Shown piece after piece: positions 1 to 9,571 of a stretch of DNA of 64,000 bases (within the stretch, counting starts at the first letter, position 1; every line of letters begins with the position of its first letter). Origin of the DNA: Myxococcota bacterium. Its GTDB lineage: Bacteria > Myxococcota_A > Polyangia > Polyangiales > Houyiibacteriaceae. A program made the position numbers and the translations under genes. The stretch is from contig JBCCEK010000002.1 of NCBI GenBank assembly GCA_039030295.1, positions 3,978 through 67,977 of the forward strand. The letters run 5' to 3'. The notes under the pieces were generated by a model. It saw only the letters and a program-made list of their open reading frames with translations. It had not been told where the DNA came from and ran no database searches.

Positions 1-1
1 C

Positions 2-55
2 CCCGCCGCCAAGAAGATCATTCGCAAGGGCCGACTGCGCGACGGCCCTACCTAG
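2..55 (+). CDS. 3' end of an unidentified upstream CDS (truncated by the window edge)
   Basis: The frame starting at nt 2 reads ...PAAKKIIRKGRLRDGPT, then TAG at 53-55. Third positions are mostly G/C. Too short to name. Confidence 0.3.
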   Translation, partial: PAAKKIIRKGRLRDGPT

Positions 56-84
56 CGCCCTACTGACAACCAGAAGGTGGTGAC

Positions 85-3000
85 ATGTCCCTGCTGAGTT
101 TCGGACGGAAGAAAAGAGAGCTCGACAAAGATCAGAAGGGCAACTTCAAGTACCCGGGGACGAGGGCGGCACTCGACGGGAACAGCGCCGTCATCATGTG
201 TGAGCGAGAGTCGAGCGACGCCGCGGGCGCGTACCCGATTACGCCCTCCACGCAGATGGGTGAGTATTGGGCCGAAGCGGCGGCCGCAGGCCACGTCAAC
301 GTGTCGGGGCGACCACTGATCTTCATCGAGCCTGAGGGCGAGCATGCCGCAGCGGCGGTAACCGCCGGTTTGTCGATGACCGGGCTTCGCTCCGCGAACT
401 TCTCATCCGGGCAAGGCATCGCGTACATGCACGAGTCCTTGTACGCAGCCGTCGGAAAGCGCCTGACGTACGTATTGAACATCGGCGCTCGCGCGATGAC
501 CAAAGCGACGCTCAACGTCCACGCCGGGCACGATGACTACCATTGCGTGGACGATTCAGGCTTCTTCCAGATGTTCGCGAAGAACGCGCAAGCCGCCGCC
601 GACCTGAACATCATCAGTCACCGGGTGGCGGAACTCGCGTTGACGCCAGGGATCATCGCGCAAGACGGCTTTTTGACGACTCATCTGATCGAATCGTTGA
701 TGGTTCCGGAGCGCGCGCTAATCGCCGAGTTCCTTGGAAGGCCCGACGACATCATCCCGACCCCGACTCCAGCGCAGCGAATCATCTACGGAGACAAGAG
801 ACGGCGCATTCCACTGCTGTGGGACGTGGACAATCCAATCATGGCGGGCCTGGTCCAGAACCAGGACGCTTACATGCAGAGTGTCGCCGCACAGCGGCCT
901 TTCTTCTTTGACCACGTCGAGGGTCTTGCCAACGATGCGTTCGATGAATTTCATGCGCTGACCGGACGACGCTACTCGCGGGTGATGACGTATCGGACCG
1001 AGGACGCGGAGTACTTGCTTCTCGGCCAGGGAAGCATGATTCCGTCCGCCGAAGCGGTGGCCGACTACCTTCGCGAGACCCGCGGTCTGAAGGTTGGCGT
1101 CGTGGACATGCTCATGTTTCGTCCCTTCCCGAGCGACCTGGTTGGGCGGCTTCTTCGCGGAAGGAAGGGAGTCGCGATACTCGAGCGCCTCGATCAACCG
1201 CTCGCTGCCGACTTGCCCCTCGTTCGAGAGGTCCGAGCCGTTCTCGGGAAGTGCGTCGAGAACGGAAAGAACCCAAAGCACCCCCCGTACCCGAGCCTCG
1301 AGACGTACACGTCGCTGAGCGACGTTCCACCGATCTACTCGGGGTCCTACGGGATGGGGAGCCGTGACCTCCAACCCGAAGGCCTCATCGGGGCGGTCGA
1401 GAACATGCTCGACGACGGGCCACAGAAGAAGCTGTTCTACCTCTCGATCGACTTTGTCGTCGACAAGGCCATCACGCCAAAGCAGGAGATGTACCTGCAG
1501 ACGATCGACGAGTCGTATCCGACCGTGAAGGAGCTCGCGATCAAGGGCTCCGAGAACCCAAACCTGATGCCCGCCGAGAGCATCACGGTGCGATTTCACT
1601 CGGTCGGGGGCTGGGGCGCTATCACGACAGGCAAGAACCTCGCGATGACGCTCTTCGAGCTTCTTGGGTACCACATCAAGGCGAACCCCAAGTACGGGTC
1701 GGAGAAGAAGGGACAGCCAACCACCTACTACCTGTCGGCCGCACCCGAGCCCATCAAGATCAACTGCGAGTACTTCTACGTCGATGTTGTGCTGTCGCCA
1801 GACCCGAACGTGTTCGGGCATACCAACCCGCTGGCGGGCCTCAAGGACGAGGGAGTCTTCATCATTCAGGGCGACCAGCCGTCACCCGAAGATGTTTGGA
1901 AGACGATCCCTCCCATGTATCAGAAGATCATCATCGACAAAAAGATCAAGGTCTTCTACATCGACGGCTTCGGGATCGCCCGCGACGAGGCCACCGATCC
2001 GGACCTCCAGCTCCGCATGCAAGGGATTGCTTTTCAGGGCGCGTTCTTCGCGGCATCCCCGGTCATGCGACAAGCAGGCTTGAGCGACGAGCAGTTGCTC
2101 GCCGCCATCCACGATCAGATCCGCGAGAAGTTCGGTTCGAAAGGCAAGCGGGTCGTCGACGACAACATTCGGGTCGTGAAGCGCGGCTTCGACGAGATCA
2201 GGGAGGTCGTTCCGGGCCCCATTACCGACAATGCGACGAAAACCTCGCACGCTGCCCCGAAGCTTCCCGTGATGGTCAAGTCGCTCCCTCAAAGCAAAGC
2301 CCCCATGACCGACATTCATCGGTTCTGGGAACAGACCGGGAGCTTCTACGCTCGCGGGATGGGCAGCGACAACCTCACCGACCCTTTCATCGGGCTCGGT
2401 GTGATGCCGCCCTCGTCCGCGCTCTTCCGGGACATGACGGGCATCCGTTTCGAGCACCCCGAATGGATTCCAGAGAACTGTACGGCTTGCGGCGATTGCT
2501 ACACGGTGTGTCCGGACACCGCCATCCCCGGGCTCGTCAACGAGGTGGGCCAGGTCTTCGACACCGTCGTCGACCGAGTCCGGAAGAACGGGCACGGAGC
2601 GGAGGTAGCCCACCTTCCCAAGGCGTCGCGCGTCGCCGAGCGCAACCTGCGCGCGCTCTTCAGTGAGACCGACGAGAGCGCGTCGGTCGATGCTCTCCTC
2701 GATCAGGCGATCGCCCAGACCGTTCGCGAGAGCGAGCTCCAAGGCGCCGACAAAGAACAGCTCGAGAAAGAGTTCGGCTACTTCAAAGAGGAGCTCAACG
2801 GTTTCAAGTTTGCCCTGACACGGCCGCACTACACCGTGCCCGAGAAGGACCAACCCGGCAGCGGCGGGTTGTTGTCGATCACGGTCAACCCCTACACCTG
2901 CAAGGGCTGCATGGAGTGCGTCCAGGTCTGCAGCGACGACGCCCTGCGACCCATCCGCCAAACTCCGGAGTCGGTCCAGCTCTTGCGAGACAACTGGGAC

Positions 3001-5046
3001 CTCTGGAGTGATCTTCCATCGAGCCCTTCGAAGTACATCCAGGTGGACGACCTGGATCAAGGGATTGGGACGCTCGAGTCGATCTTGCTCGACAAGTCGA
3101 ACTACCTCCAGTTCACAAGCGGCGATGGCGCATGCCTCGGTTGTTCAGAGAAGACGACGATGCACCTCTTCGTCGCCACGGTCGAGGCGCTGATTCGGCC
3201 GCGCATCACGAAACACCTCGTCCACCTCACCGAGGTCATCGCGCGGCTGCGGAAGCACATTCAGGTACAGCTCGCTGGCGATATCGACGTTGGGGACCCG
3301 GAAGCGATGGCCAAGATCGTAGACGACATCGGAGACCGGGACATCACGTTGGCGGCGATCGCCGAACGGATGGAAAGCGCGCATGGCGGCCAGCCGATCG
3401 ATCAAGACTGGTTGCGACGGATGACGCAGCTCGTCGCCCAACTCGAAGACCTGAAGTGGAAGTACACCGACGGAACCACAGGGCGCGGACGGACGTCACT
3501 CGGGATGATCAATGCTACCGGATGCACGTCGGTTTGGGGAAGCACCTACCCGTTCAACCCCTACCCGTTTCCCTGGGCAAACCACCTCTTTCAGGACACG
3601 CCGTCGATGGCCATGGGCGTGTTCGAAGGACACATGGCGAAGATGGCCGAAGGCTTCAAGGCCTTACGGATCGCCGAGCTCGAACTGAACGGCAAGTACG
3701 ACCCTGCCGAGCACGACGAGTTCTTCACCTACTTCGACTGGCGGCAGTTCACCGATGACGAGTGGGAGCTCTGCCCGCCGGTCGTGGCGGTCGGAGGGGA
3801 CGGAGCGATGTACGACATCGGCTTTCAGAACCTGTCGAGGCTCATGGCGTCCGGCAAACCGATCAAGTGCCTCGTCGTCGACACTCAGGTCTACTCCAAC
3901 ACGGGCGGGCAAGCGTGTACGTCCGGGTTCATCGGCCAGGTGTCCGACATGGCTCAGTTCGGCAAAGCCATCCAAGGCAAGCAGGAGCCGCGCAAGGAGA
4001 TCGGCCTGATCGGGATGGCGCACAGAAACACCTACGTGATGCAGAGCACCATCGCCCACTCGAGTCACATGATCGAAGGGTTCATCGAGGGGCTCAAGGC
4101 TCGCCGGCCGGCCCTCTTCAACATCTACAGCAACTGCCAGCCCGAGCATGGAATCGGTGACGACATGAGCGCCGCGCAATCGAAGCTCGCGGTCGAGTCT
4201 CGGGCCTATCCACTCTTTCGCTACAACCCAGACGCGGGCACGACGCCTCAGGAGTGTTTCGACCTCGAGGGCAACCCGGCGCCCGACGAGGACTGGCCTA
4301 CGTACACGATCAAGTACGAGGAAGGAGGCGCCGAGAAATCAATGGAGCTTCCCCTCACGTTCGCCGACTTTGCGGTCACGGAGATTCGCTTTCGAAAGCA
4401 GTTCCGAGTCGCGCCACCGGATACCTGGAACGAAAACATGGTCCCACTCGTCGACTTCCTCACGATGGACGAAGACGAACGCGAGGGGTCATTTCCTTAT
4501 GTTTGGATGGTGGACAACGACGGGCAGCTGACGCGACTGCTGGCCGCACAGCCCATCGTCGAGTCTTGCCAGGACCGCATCGACTTCTGGCGCATGCTGA
4601 AGGCGCTCGCCGGAGACGACCAACCGAGCGCCGAGTCGTTGGTCGAGCAGGCACGCCAAGATGTCGTCGGCAAGATCATGTCCGGGCTCATGCAAATGGC
4701 TGGTGGCCCAGGAGAAGGCCTGGCAGCGTTGGCGGGCTCGGGCGCCCTTGTCGATGGCGTTGGCGGGGAGCCGGCAGGGTCGTCGGCGAGCGGCGACTAC
4801 CTCGCCCCTTGGATCGACACGCCGGACTGCACGTCATGCGACGAGTGCGTGGAGATCAATCCCAAGATCTTCGAATACAACGCCGAAAAGAAGGCGGTCA
4901 TCAAGAACCCGGACGGGGGCCCCTACAAAGACATCGTCAAAGCGGCAGAGCGCTGTACCGCGAGGGTCATCCACCCGGGCTTGCCCAGGAACCAGAACGA
5001 GAAGGGCATCGACAAGTGGATCAAGCGGGCCGAAAAGTACAACTGA
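85..5046 (+). CDS. Pyruvate:ferredoxin (flavodoxin) oxidoreductase, single-polypeptide NifJ/PFOR type, unusually long (1653 aa), with an extra C-terminal ferredoxin-like module
   Basis: PFOR N-terminus GAYPITPSTQMGEYW. Internal 2x[4Fe-4S] domain motifs CTACGDCYTVCP and CKGCMECVQVCS. TPP-domain motifs GDGACLGCSEKT and GGDGAMYDIGFQNL. AVESRAYPLFRYNP near the canonical C-terminus. Additional CTSCDECVEINP...ERCTARVIHP module at the end. AAGGTGG lies upstream of the ATG. Confidence 0.9.
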   Translation: MSLLSFGRKKRELDKDQKGNFKYPGTRAALDGNSAVIMCERESSDAAGAYPITPSTQMGEYWAEAAAAGHVNVSGRPLIFIEPEGEHAAAAVTAGLSMTGLRSANFSSGQGIAYMHESLYAAVGKRLTYVLNIGARAMTKATLNVHAGHDDYHCVDDSGFFQMFAKNAQAAADLNIISHRVAELALTPGIIAQDGFLTTHLIESLMVPERALIAEFLGRPDDIIPTPTPAQRIIYGDKRRRIPLLWDVDNPIMAGLVQNQDAYMQSVAAQRPFFFDHVEGLANDAFDEFHALTGRRYSRVMTYRTEDAEYLLLGQGSMIPSAEAVADYLRETRGLKVGVVDMLMFRPFPSDLVGRLLRGRKGVAILERLDQPLAADLPLVREVRAVLGKCVENGKNPKHPPYPSLETYTSLSDVPPIYSGSYGMGSRDLQPEGLIGAVENMLDDGPQKKLFYLSIDFVVDKAITPKQEMYLQTIDESYPTVKELAIKGSENPNLMPAESITVRFHSVGGWGAITTGKNLAMTLFELLGYHIKANPKYGSEKKGQPTTYYLSAAPEPIKINCEYFYVDVVLSPDPNVFGHTNPLAGLKDEGVFIIQGDQPSPEDVWKTIPPMYQKIIIDKKIKVFYIDGFGIARDEATDPDLQLRMQGIAFQGAFFAASPVMRQAGLSDEQLLAAIHDQIREKFGSKGKRVVDDNIRVVKRGFDEIREVVPGPITDNATKTSHAAPKLPVMVKSLPQSKAPMTDIHRFWEQTGSFYARGMGSDNLTDPFIGLGVMPPSSALFRDMTGIRFEHPEWIPENCTACGDCYTVCPDTAIPGLVNEVGQVFDTVVDRVRKNGHGAEVAHLPKASRVAERNLRALFSETDESASVDALLDQAIAQTVRESELQGADKEQLEKEFGYFKEELNGFKFALTRPHYTVPEKDQPGSGGLLSITVNPYTCKGCMECVQVCSDDALRPIRQTPESVQLLRDNWDLWSDLPSSPSKYIQVDDLDQGIGTLESILLDKSNYLQFTSGDGACLGCSEKTTMHLFVATVEALIRPRITKHLVHLTEVIARLRKHIQVQLAGDIDVGDPEAMAKIVDDIGDRDITLAAIAERMESAHGGQPIDQDWLRRMTQLVAQLEDLKWKYTDGTTGRGRTSLGMINATGCTSVWGSTYPFNPYPFPWANHLFQDTPSMAMGVFEGHMAKMAEGFKALRIAELELNGKYDPAEHDEFFTYFDWRQFTDDEWELCPPVVAVGGDGAMYDIGFQNLSRLMASGKPIKCLVVDTQVYSNTGGQACTSGFIGQVSDMAQFGKAIQGKQEPRKEIGLIGMAHRNTYVMQSTIAHSSHMIEGFIEGLKARRPALFNIYSNCQPEHGIGDDMSAAQSKLAVESRAYPLFRYNPDAGTTPQECFDLEGNPAPDEDWPTYTIKYEEGGAEKSMELPLTFADFAVTEIRFRKQFRVAPPDTWNENMVPLVDFLTMDEDEREGSFPYVWMVDNDGQLTRLLAAQPIVESCQDRIDFWRMLKALAGDDQPSAESLVEQARQDVVGKIMSGLMQMAGGPGEGLAALAGSGALVDGVGGEPAGSSASGDYLAPWIDTPDCTSCDECVEINPKIFEYNAEKKAVIKNPDGGPYKDIVKAAERCTARVIHPGLPRNQNEKGIDKWIKRAEKYN

Positions 5047-5068
5047 GTCGCGACGCCACGGCGGACGG

Positions 5069-6406
5069 ATGAGACTGCTCGGCCTCAAGACGTTCCGGCA
5101 CGGGGTCCATCCGCCGGAGTCCAAGGACGAAACCAGCGGGTTGGCCATTCGGCAGTTTCCGTTCGCCCCGTTGCTCGTCGTCCCGCTGGTGCAGCACATG
5201 GGCGCCCCGTCAATCCCGGTCGTCGAAGAGGGGCAAGAGGTTGCCCGCGGCCAGCGGATCGCGCGGCCAGACGGCTTCATGTCGGTCGCCATGCACGCAC
5301 CTGCGTCTGGCACTGTGCGCCGGATCGCGCTCGCGCCAAGCATCACGGGTCGCATGGTCCCAGCGGTGTACCTCGAGCCGCTTCCAGGCTCGACCCAGGA
5401 GGTCGAAGATGGCACGCCTTGCGCGCTCGACACCGCGACACCGGAAGAGATCCTCGCTGCGATTCAGGAAGCCGGCATCGTAGGCCTCGGGGGCGCCGCG
5501 TTTCCCACTCACGCCAAACTGACGATCCCGGAAGGAAAGTTCGTCGACACTCTGATCATCAACGGGGTCGAATGCGAGCCATTCCTGACGACCGACCACC
5601 GGGTGATGCTCGAGCAGACCGAAGAGATCTTCATGGGGATCCGCTATCTCCTCAAGCTCACCAAGGCCGAGCGCGTGATCATTGGAGTCGAGGCCAACAA
5701 GCCCGATGCGGCGGCGCGACTCCAAAACGAGTTCCCGAGCGATATCGAAGGGTCGGTCGAGGTACTCCGCGTGAAGTACCCCCAAGGGGCGGAGAAAGTG
5801 CTCTTCTCCGCGCTCCTCGGTCGCGAAGTCCCTTCTGGCAAGCTCCCCCTCGACATCCACGCCCTGTGCTGCAACGTCGCCACGACCGCAGAGATCGGGC
5901 GACTTCTGCCACGCGGGCGGGGCATCCAAGAACGCGTCATCACGGTGACGGGGCCCGCCGTGAAGCGCAAGGGCAACTACCGGATCCCGATCGGCACCCC
6001 GCTGCGATTCGTTCTCGAGCACGTGGGCGTCGAGGACGACGTCAACCGGGTTTTCCTAGGCGGGCCGATGATGGGCGGCGCCGCGTCAAGCCTCGACATC
6101 TCGATCACCAAGGGGACGTCCGGCGTGACGGCCTTCACGCACGGCGCCGCCGCCCGTACCCATAGCCGGGTCTACCCCTGCATTCGCTGTGGCTACTGCG
6201 TCGACGCCTGCCCGATCTTCTTGAACCCCTCCGCACTTGGCAGGCTGGCTGCCAAGGACGAGCTGAACGCGATGGTCGAGGAGCAGAACCTCATGGACTG
6301 CTTCGAGTGCGGGTGCTGCTCGTTTGTATGCCCTTCGCACATCCCGCTCGTTCAGCAGTTCCGCGCAGCGAAAACCTCCGTCCGGAAAGCGCGGGCGGCC
6401 TCGTGA
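5069..6406 (+). CDS. rnfC: Rnf electron-transport complex subunit C
   Basis: 445 aa from the internal ATG (MRLLGLKTFRHGVHPPE) of ORF 4661..6406. GLGGAAFPTH motif. Two ferredoxin motifs, CIRCGYCVDACP and CFECGCCSFVCP. Lies 22 nt after the PFOR stop. Confidence 0.9.
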   Translation: MRLLGLKTFRHGVHPPESKDETSGLAIRQFPFAPLLVVPLVQHMGAPSIPVVEEGQEVARGQRIARPDGFMSVAMHAPASGTVRRIALAPSITGRMVPAVYLEPLPGSTQEVEDGTPCALDTATPEEILAAIQEAGIVGLGGAAFPTHAKLTIPEGKFVDTLIINGVECEPFLTTDHRVMLEQTEEIFMGIRYLLKLTKAERVIIGVEANKPDAAARLQNEFPSDIEGSVEVLRVKYPQGAEKVLFSALLGREVPSGKLPLDIHALCCNVATTAEIGRLLPRGRGIQERVITVTGPAVKRKGNYRIPIGTPLRFVLEHVGVEDDVNRVFLGGPMMGGAASSLDISITKGTSGVTAFTHGAAARTHSRVYPCIRCGYCVDACPIFLNPSALGRLAAKDELNAMVEEQNLMDCFECGCCSFVCPSHIPLVQQFRAAKTSVRKARAAS

Positions 6407-7431
6407 CGAACGCCGGGAAGACTCTCGAAATCCGGACGTCGCCACACATCTTGAGCGGCTACAGCGTCGACACGATCATGTTCAACGTTGTCCTCGCCCT
6501 GCTCCCGGTCGTCGCCTTCAGTGTCTTCGCGTTCGGGTTGCCGGCACTGCTCACCATCACGGTCGCGGTGGTTTCGTGCGTGCTCACCGAGGACCTTCTT
6601 TGCCGCCTGCGCGGCGAGCCCACCACAGTGGGCGACTGGTCGGTCACGATAACGGGCTTCCTTTATGGTCTCACCCTTCCCCCGGCGCTCCCTTTGTGGA
6701 TGGTGGCGATGGGCGGGGTGATCTGCGTCGCCATGGGGAAGGCCATGTTTGGCGGGCTCGGGTTCAACACCTTTAACCCGGCGCTCATCGGCCGGGCCGT
6801 TCTTCAAGCGGCCTTCCCTGTCTCCATGACGACTTGGATCCCGGGCTTCATGCCCGACCGTTTCACATCGTTGCCCGCATCGACACTCACGTTTCCGTTT
6901 GCGCAGCCCGCCGTCGACGCAGTCACCAGCGCAACGCCGCTCGCGCTTTGGAAGTTCAGCCACGAGAGCACGCCAACACTCGACCTGGCCCTCGGGACGA
7001 TCACGGGGTCGGCGGGAGAGACCTCGGGCTTGCTGATCGTCGTGGGAGGCCTCTACCTGATCGCCCGGAACATGATGAACTGGCGCATCCCGACGGCGAT
7101 CATCGGCGCAGTCGTGCTCCTCAGCGGCGCGCTCCACATGGTCGACCCGACCCAATATGCCTCGCCAGGTTTCATGGTGTTCTCGGGCGGGCTCCTCCTC
7201 GGCGCCATGTTCATGGCGACCGACCCGGTGGGATCACCCATGACCTCGCTCGGCTGCTACCTGTACGGCGCGCTCATCGGCGCCGTCACCGTGGTGATAC
7301 GTACCTGGGGAGGCCTCCCCGAGGGCGTCATGTACGCGATTCTGCTCGGCAACGCGCTCACCCCGCACATCGACCAGTGGACCCGACCGACCGTCTACGG
7401 CAGTCGGAAGGGCAAGGAGGTCGCGACGTGA
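6403..7431 (+). CDS. rnfD: Rnf complex subunit D (polytopic membrane, FMN-binding)
   Basis: GTG start overlaps the rnfC stop (GTGA). RTSPHILSG N-terminus, many TM segments, TSATPL flavinylation-type motif. Confidence 0.88.
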   Translation: MTNAGKTLEIRTSPHILSGYSVDTIMFNVVLALLPVVAFSVFAFGLPALLTITVAVVSCVLTEDLLCRLRGEPTTVGDWSVTITGFLYGLTLPPALPLWMVAMGGVICVAMGKAMFGGLGFNTFNPALIGRAVLQAAFPVSMTTWIPGFMPDRFTSLPASTLTFPFAQPAVDAVTSATPLALWKFSHESTPTLDLALGTITGSAGETSGLLIVVGGLYLIARNMMNWRIPTAIIGAVVLLSGALHMVDPTQYASPGFMVFSGGLLLGAMFMATDPVGSPMTSLGCYLYGALIGAVTVVIRTWGGLPEGVMYAILLGNALTPHIDQWTRPTVYGSRKGKEVAT

Positions 7432-8123
7432 GTGGGTCCGAGCTCGCACAACAACCGCCTTCGCCGAGTCCGTGGCCGATGTACCGCGCGATGGTCGGGG
7501 TCGGCGTCGCCTGCGGGCTCCTGATCGTGACCGTCTTCCAGGGGACGCTCCCGATCATCCAACGCAACAAAGCCGAAGCGCTTCAGAAAGCGATCTTTCG
7601 CGTGCTTCCAAAGGCGACGACGAGCGCGGCCTTCGGATTCGACCCCACGCGTGGATTCGTGTCCGACCCCGGTGACTCGCTGGGTATGCGTCGCGTGTAC
7701 GCGGGATACGACGACACAGGCGCCCTGGTGGGCGTGGCACTCGAGGCCCAAGGGATGGGCTATCAGGACGTGATCGGTATCATCTACGGGTACTCGTTTG
7801 AAGAGCACGCGATCATCGGGATGGAGGTGCTCGAGAGCAAAGAGACGCCGGGGCTCGGTGACAAGATCGAGACCGATCCCGACTTCGTCGCCAACTTCAA
7901 CCGGCTGGACGTCTCGTTGGCCGATGACGGCACCGGGCTTGCCCATCCCATCGTCGCGGTCGCGCGAGGGACCAAGACTGAGCCTTGGCAGGTCGACAGC
8001 ATCACCGGTGCGACGATCTCTTCGGAGGCAATTGCGGCGATCCTCAACGGGAGCGCACAAACCTGGGTACCTCGGATCGAGGGCCATCTGGACGACCTCA
8101 AACGAGGCAACGACAACCGATGA
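7428..8123 (+). CDS. rnfG: Rnf complex subunit G (FMN-binding, single TM)
   Basis: GTG start overlaps the rnfD stop (GTGA). One N-terminal TM helix. Covalent-FMN motif DSITGATISS. Confidence 0.85.
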   Translation: MSGSELAQQPPSPSPWPMYRAMVGVGVACGLLIVTVFQGTLPIIQRNKAEALQKAIFRVLPKATTSAAFGFDPTRGFVSDPGDSLGMRRVYAGYDDTGALVGVALEAQGMGYQDVIGIIYGYSFEEHAIIGMEVLESKETPGLGDKIETDPDFVANFNRLDVSLADDGTGLAHPIVAVARGTKTEPWQVDSITGATISSEAIAAILNGSAQTWVPRIEGHLDDLKRGNDNR

Positions 8124-8770
8124 CCACGAGGACCGCAAGCGATGAGTTCTTGAAGGGACTGTGGAAGGAAAACCCGGTCTTCGTCCAAGTCCTCGGCATG
8201 TGCCCCGTCCTTGCCGTGTCCAACACTGCGATGAACGCGCTTGCCATGGGGCTCGCGACCGCGTTCGTCCTCGTGATGTCCAACGCGGTGGTGTCCTCCC
8301 TTCGTCACTTCATCCCGAAACAGGTTCGGATCGCCACTTACATTTTGGTCATCGCGACCTTCGTCACGGTCGTCGACTATGCGATCCAGGCGATCAGCCT
8401 CGAACTCTACCGCGCACTCGGCGCGTTCATTTCGCTGATCGTCGTCAACTGCCTGATCCTCGGTCGCGCCGAGGCTTTCGCCTCCAAGAACACCGTCGGA
8501 CGTTCGGTGATGGACGGCCTTGGCATGGGGGTCGGGTTCGTGTTCGCGCTCCTCTTCCTCGGTGGCGTACGAGAGATCCTCGGTATGGGCTCCCTTTTTG
8601 GAGTGCGGCTGTTCCCGGACTCGTTCCAAGAATGGGTCGTGATGATCCTGCCGAGCGGCGGCTTCTTCAGCCTTGCCGGTTGGCTGGTGCTCTTCAACTG
8701 GCTCGAAAAGCGGAAGGCCGACAAGGCCGAGAGAGCCCGCGTCTCCGGGCTCCGCGGGGAGGTGGCGTGA
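8120..8770 (+). CDS. rnfE: Rnf complex subunit E
   Basis: ATGA overlap with rnfG. NPVFVQVLGMCPVLAV and VVNCLILGRAEAFASKN motifs of the RnfE/NqrD family. Confidence 0.88.
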   Translation: MTTRTASDEFLKGLWKENPVFVQVLGMCPVLAVSNTAMNALAMGLATAFVLVMSNAVVSSLRHFIPKQVRIATYILVIATFVTVVDYAIQAISLELYRALGAFISLIVVNCLILGRAEAFASKNTVGRSVMDGLGMGVGFVFALLFLGGVREILGMGSLFGVRLFPDSFQEWVVMILPSGGFFSLAGWLVLFNWLEKRKADKAERARVSGLRGEVA

Positions 8771-9351
8771 TGGCCGACGAGTCTCTTTGGACGATCTTCA
8801 TCAACGCGTCGCTCGTCAACAACTTCGTGTTGGCGTACTTCCTCGGCATCTGCCCGTTCCTCGGCGTCTCAGCGAAGCTCGCGACCGCGAGCCGAATGGG
8901 TGGCGCGGTCATGTTCGTGATGCTCGTCGCTTCGGTGTGCGCGTACGGGATCAACGCGTTGCTCGTGGCCATCGACGCCCCCTACTTGAGGCTCATCTCG
9001 TTCATCGCCGTCATCGCATCGACCGTCCAGCTCGTCGAGATGGTCATCAAGAGATTCAGCCCGGCACTCTTTCGAGCGCTCGGGATCTTCTTGCCGTTGA
9101 TCACGACCAACTGCGCGATCCTCGGGTTGGCGCTGTTTCAGACGAACAAGGGCTACGGCTTCGTGCAGTGCATCGTCTACGCGCTTGGCGCGGGCGTCGG
9201 GTTCACCTTGGCCCTTGTCTTGATGGCCGCCGCTCGGGAGAAGCTCGAGCTGGCGAACGTGCCGGACATCATGAAGGGGACCGCGCTCGCGTTGATGATA
9301 GCCGGATTCCTCTCGGTGACTTTCATGGGGTTCGGCGGACTTGGAGGATGA
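8770..9351 (+). CDS. rnfA: Rnf complex subunit A
   Basis: TGATG junction with rnfE. NNFVLAYFLGICPFLGVS and PLITTNCAILG motifs of the RnfA/NqrE family. Confidence 0.88.
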   Translation: MADESLWTIFINASLVNNFVLAYFLGICPFLGVSAKLATASRMGGAVMFVMLVASVCAYGINALLVAIDAPYLRLISFIAVIASTVQLVEMVIKRFSPALFRALGIFLPLITTNCAILGLALFQTNKGYGFVQCIVYALGAGVGFTLALVLMAAAREKLELANVPDIMKGTALALMIAGFLSVTFMGFGGLGG

Positions 9352-9355
9352 CGGG

Positions 9356-9571
9356 ATGCTCTATCACTACCTGATCGGAGTCGGTTCTGTGGTGTTGCTG
9401 TTCGCCTTGTGGATCCGCATCCAACGAGCGTGGAAGCGGTCGTTCTCGGAGGTCGGAAGCGACCCAGACGCGCTTGCGGGGCGCAGCGGCTGCCGCGGAT
9501 GCATCGACCCCTCAACCTGTAACCGGACGCCCAATAGCGGAGCCTGCATGGCTCGGGAGGAGAAGTCATGA
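9356..9571 (+). CDS. Small single-pass membrane protein with a four-Cys tail (C-x2-C-x5-C-x8-C); NqrM-like/unknown
   Basis: 71 aa, MLYHYLIGVGSVVLLFALWIRI (TM) ...SGCRGCIDPSTCNRTPNSGAC. GGAGGA sits 7 nt upstream of the ATG, 4 nt after the rnfA stop. Its stop overlaps the FNR start (ATGA). Confidence 0.6.
   Translation: MLYHYLIGVGSVVLLFALWIRIQRAWKRSFSEVGSDPDALAGRSGCRGCIDPSTCNRTPNSGACMAREEKS

Noticed and set aside
718-3060. Long antisense ORFs inside the PFOR gene (718..1821 and 1882..3060, minus strand, 367 and 392 aa)
   Set aside because: Arg/Pro/Gly/Asp-rich composition with no motifs, fully nested opposite a confidently identified gene. This is the typical open-frame artefact of GC-rich DNA. 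The same reasoning applies to 25373..26347(-), 28421..29599(+), 42569..43630(-), 52849..54384(+), 54942..56786(+) and similar ORFs.
9356-9571. Possibility that the 71-aa ORF is a truncated RnfB
   Set aside because: RnfB has a TM helix followed by a CxxCx4C...C N-terminal cluster and then a polyferredoxin domain. This ORF has a vaguely similar CxxCx5C spacing but no ferredoxin domain at all. It is intact and translationally coupled on both sides, so it does not look like a pseudogene remnant. It is kept as NqrM-like/unknown rather than called rnfB.
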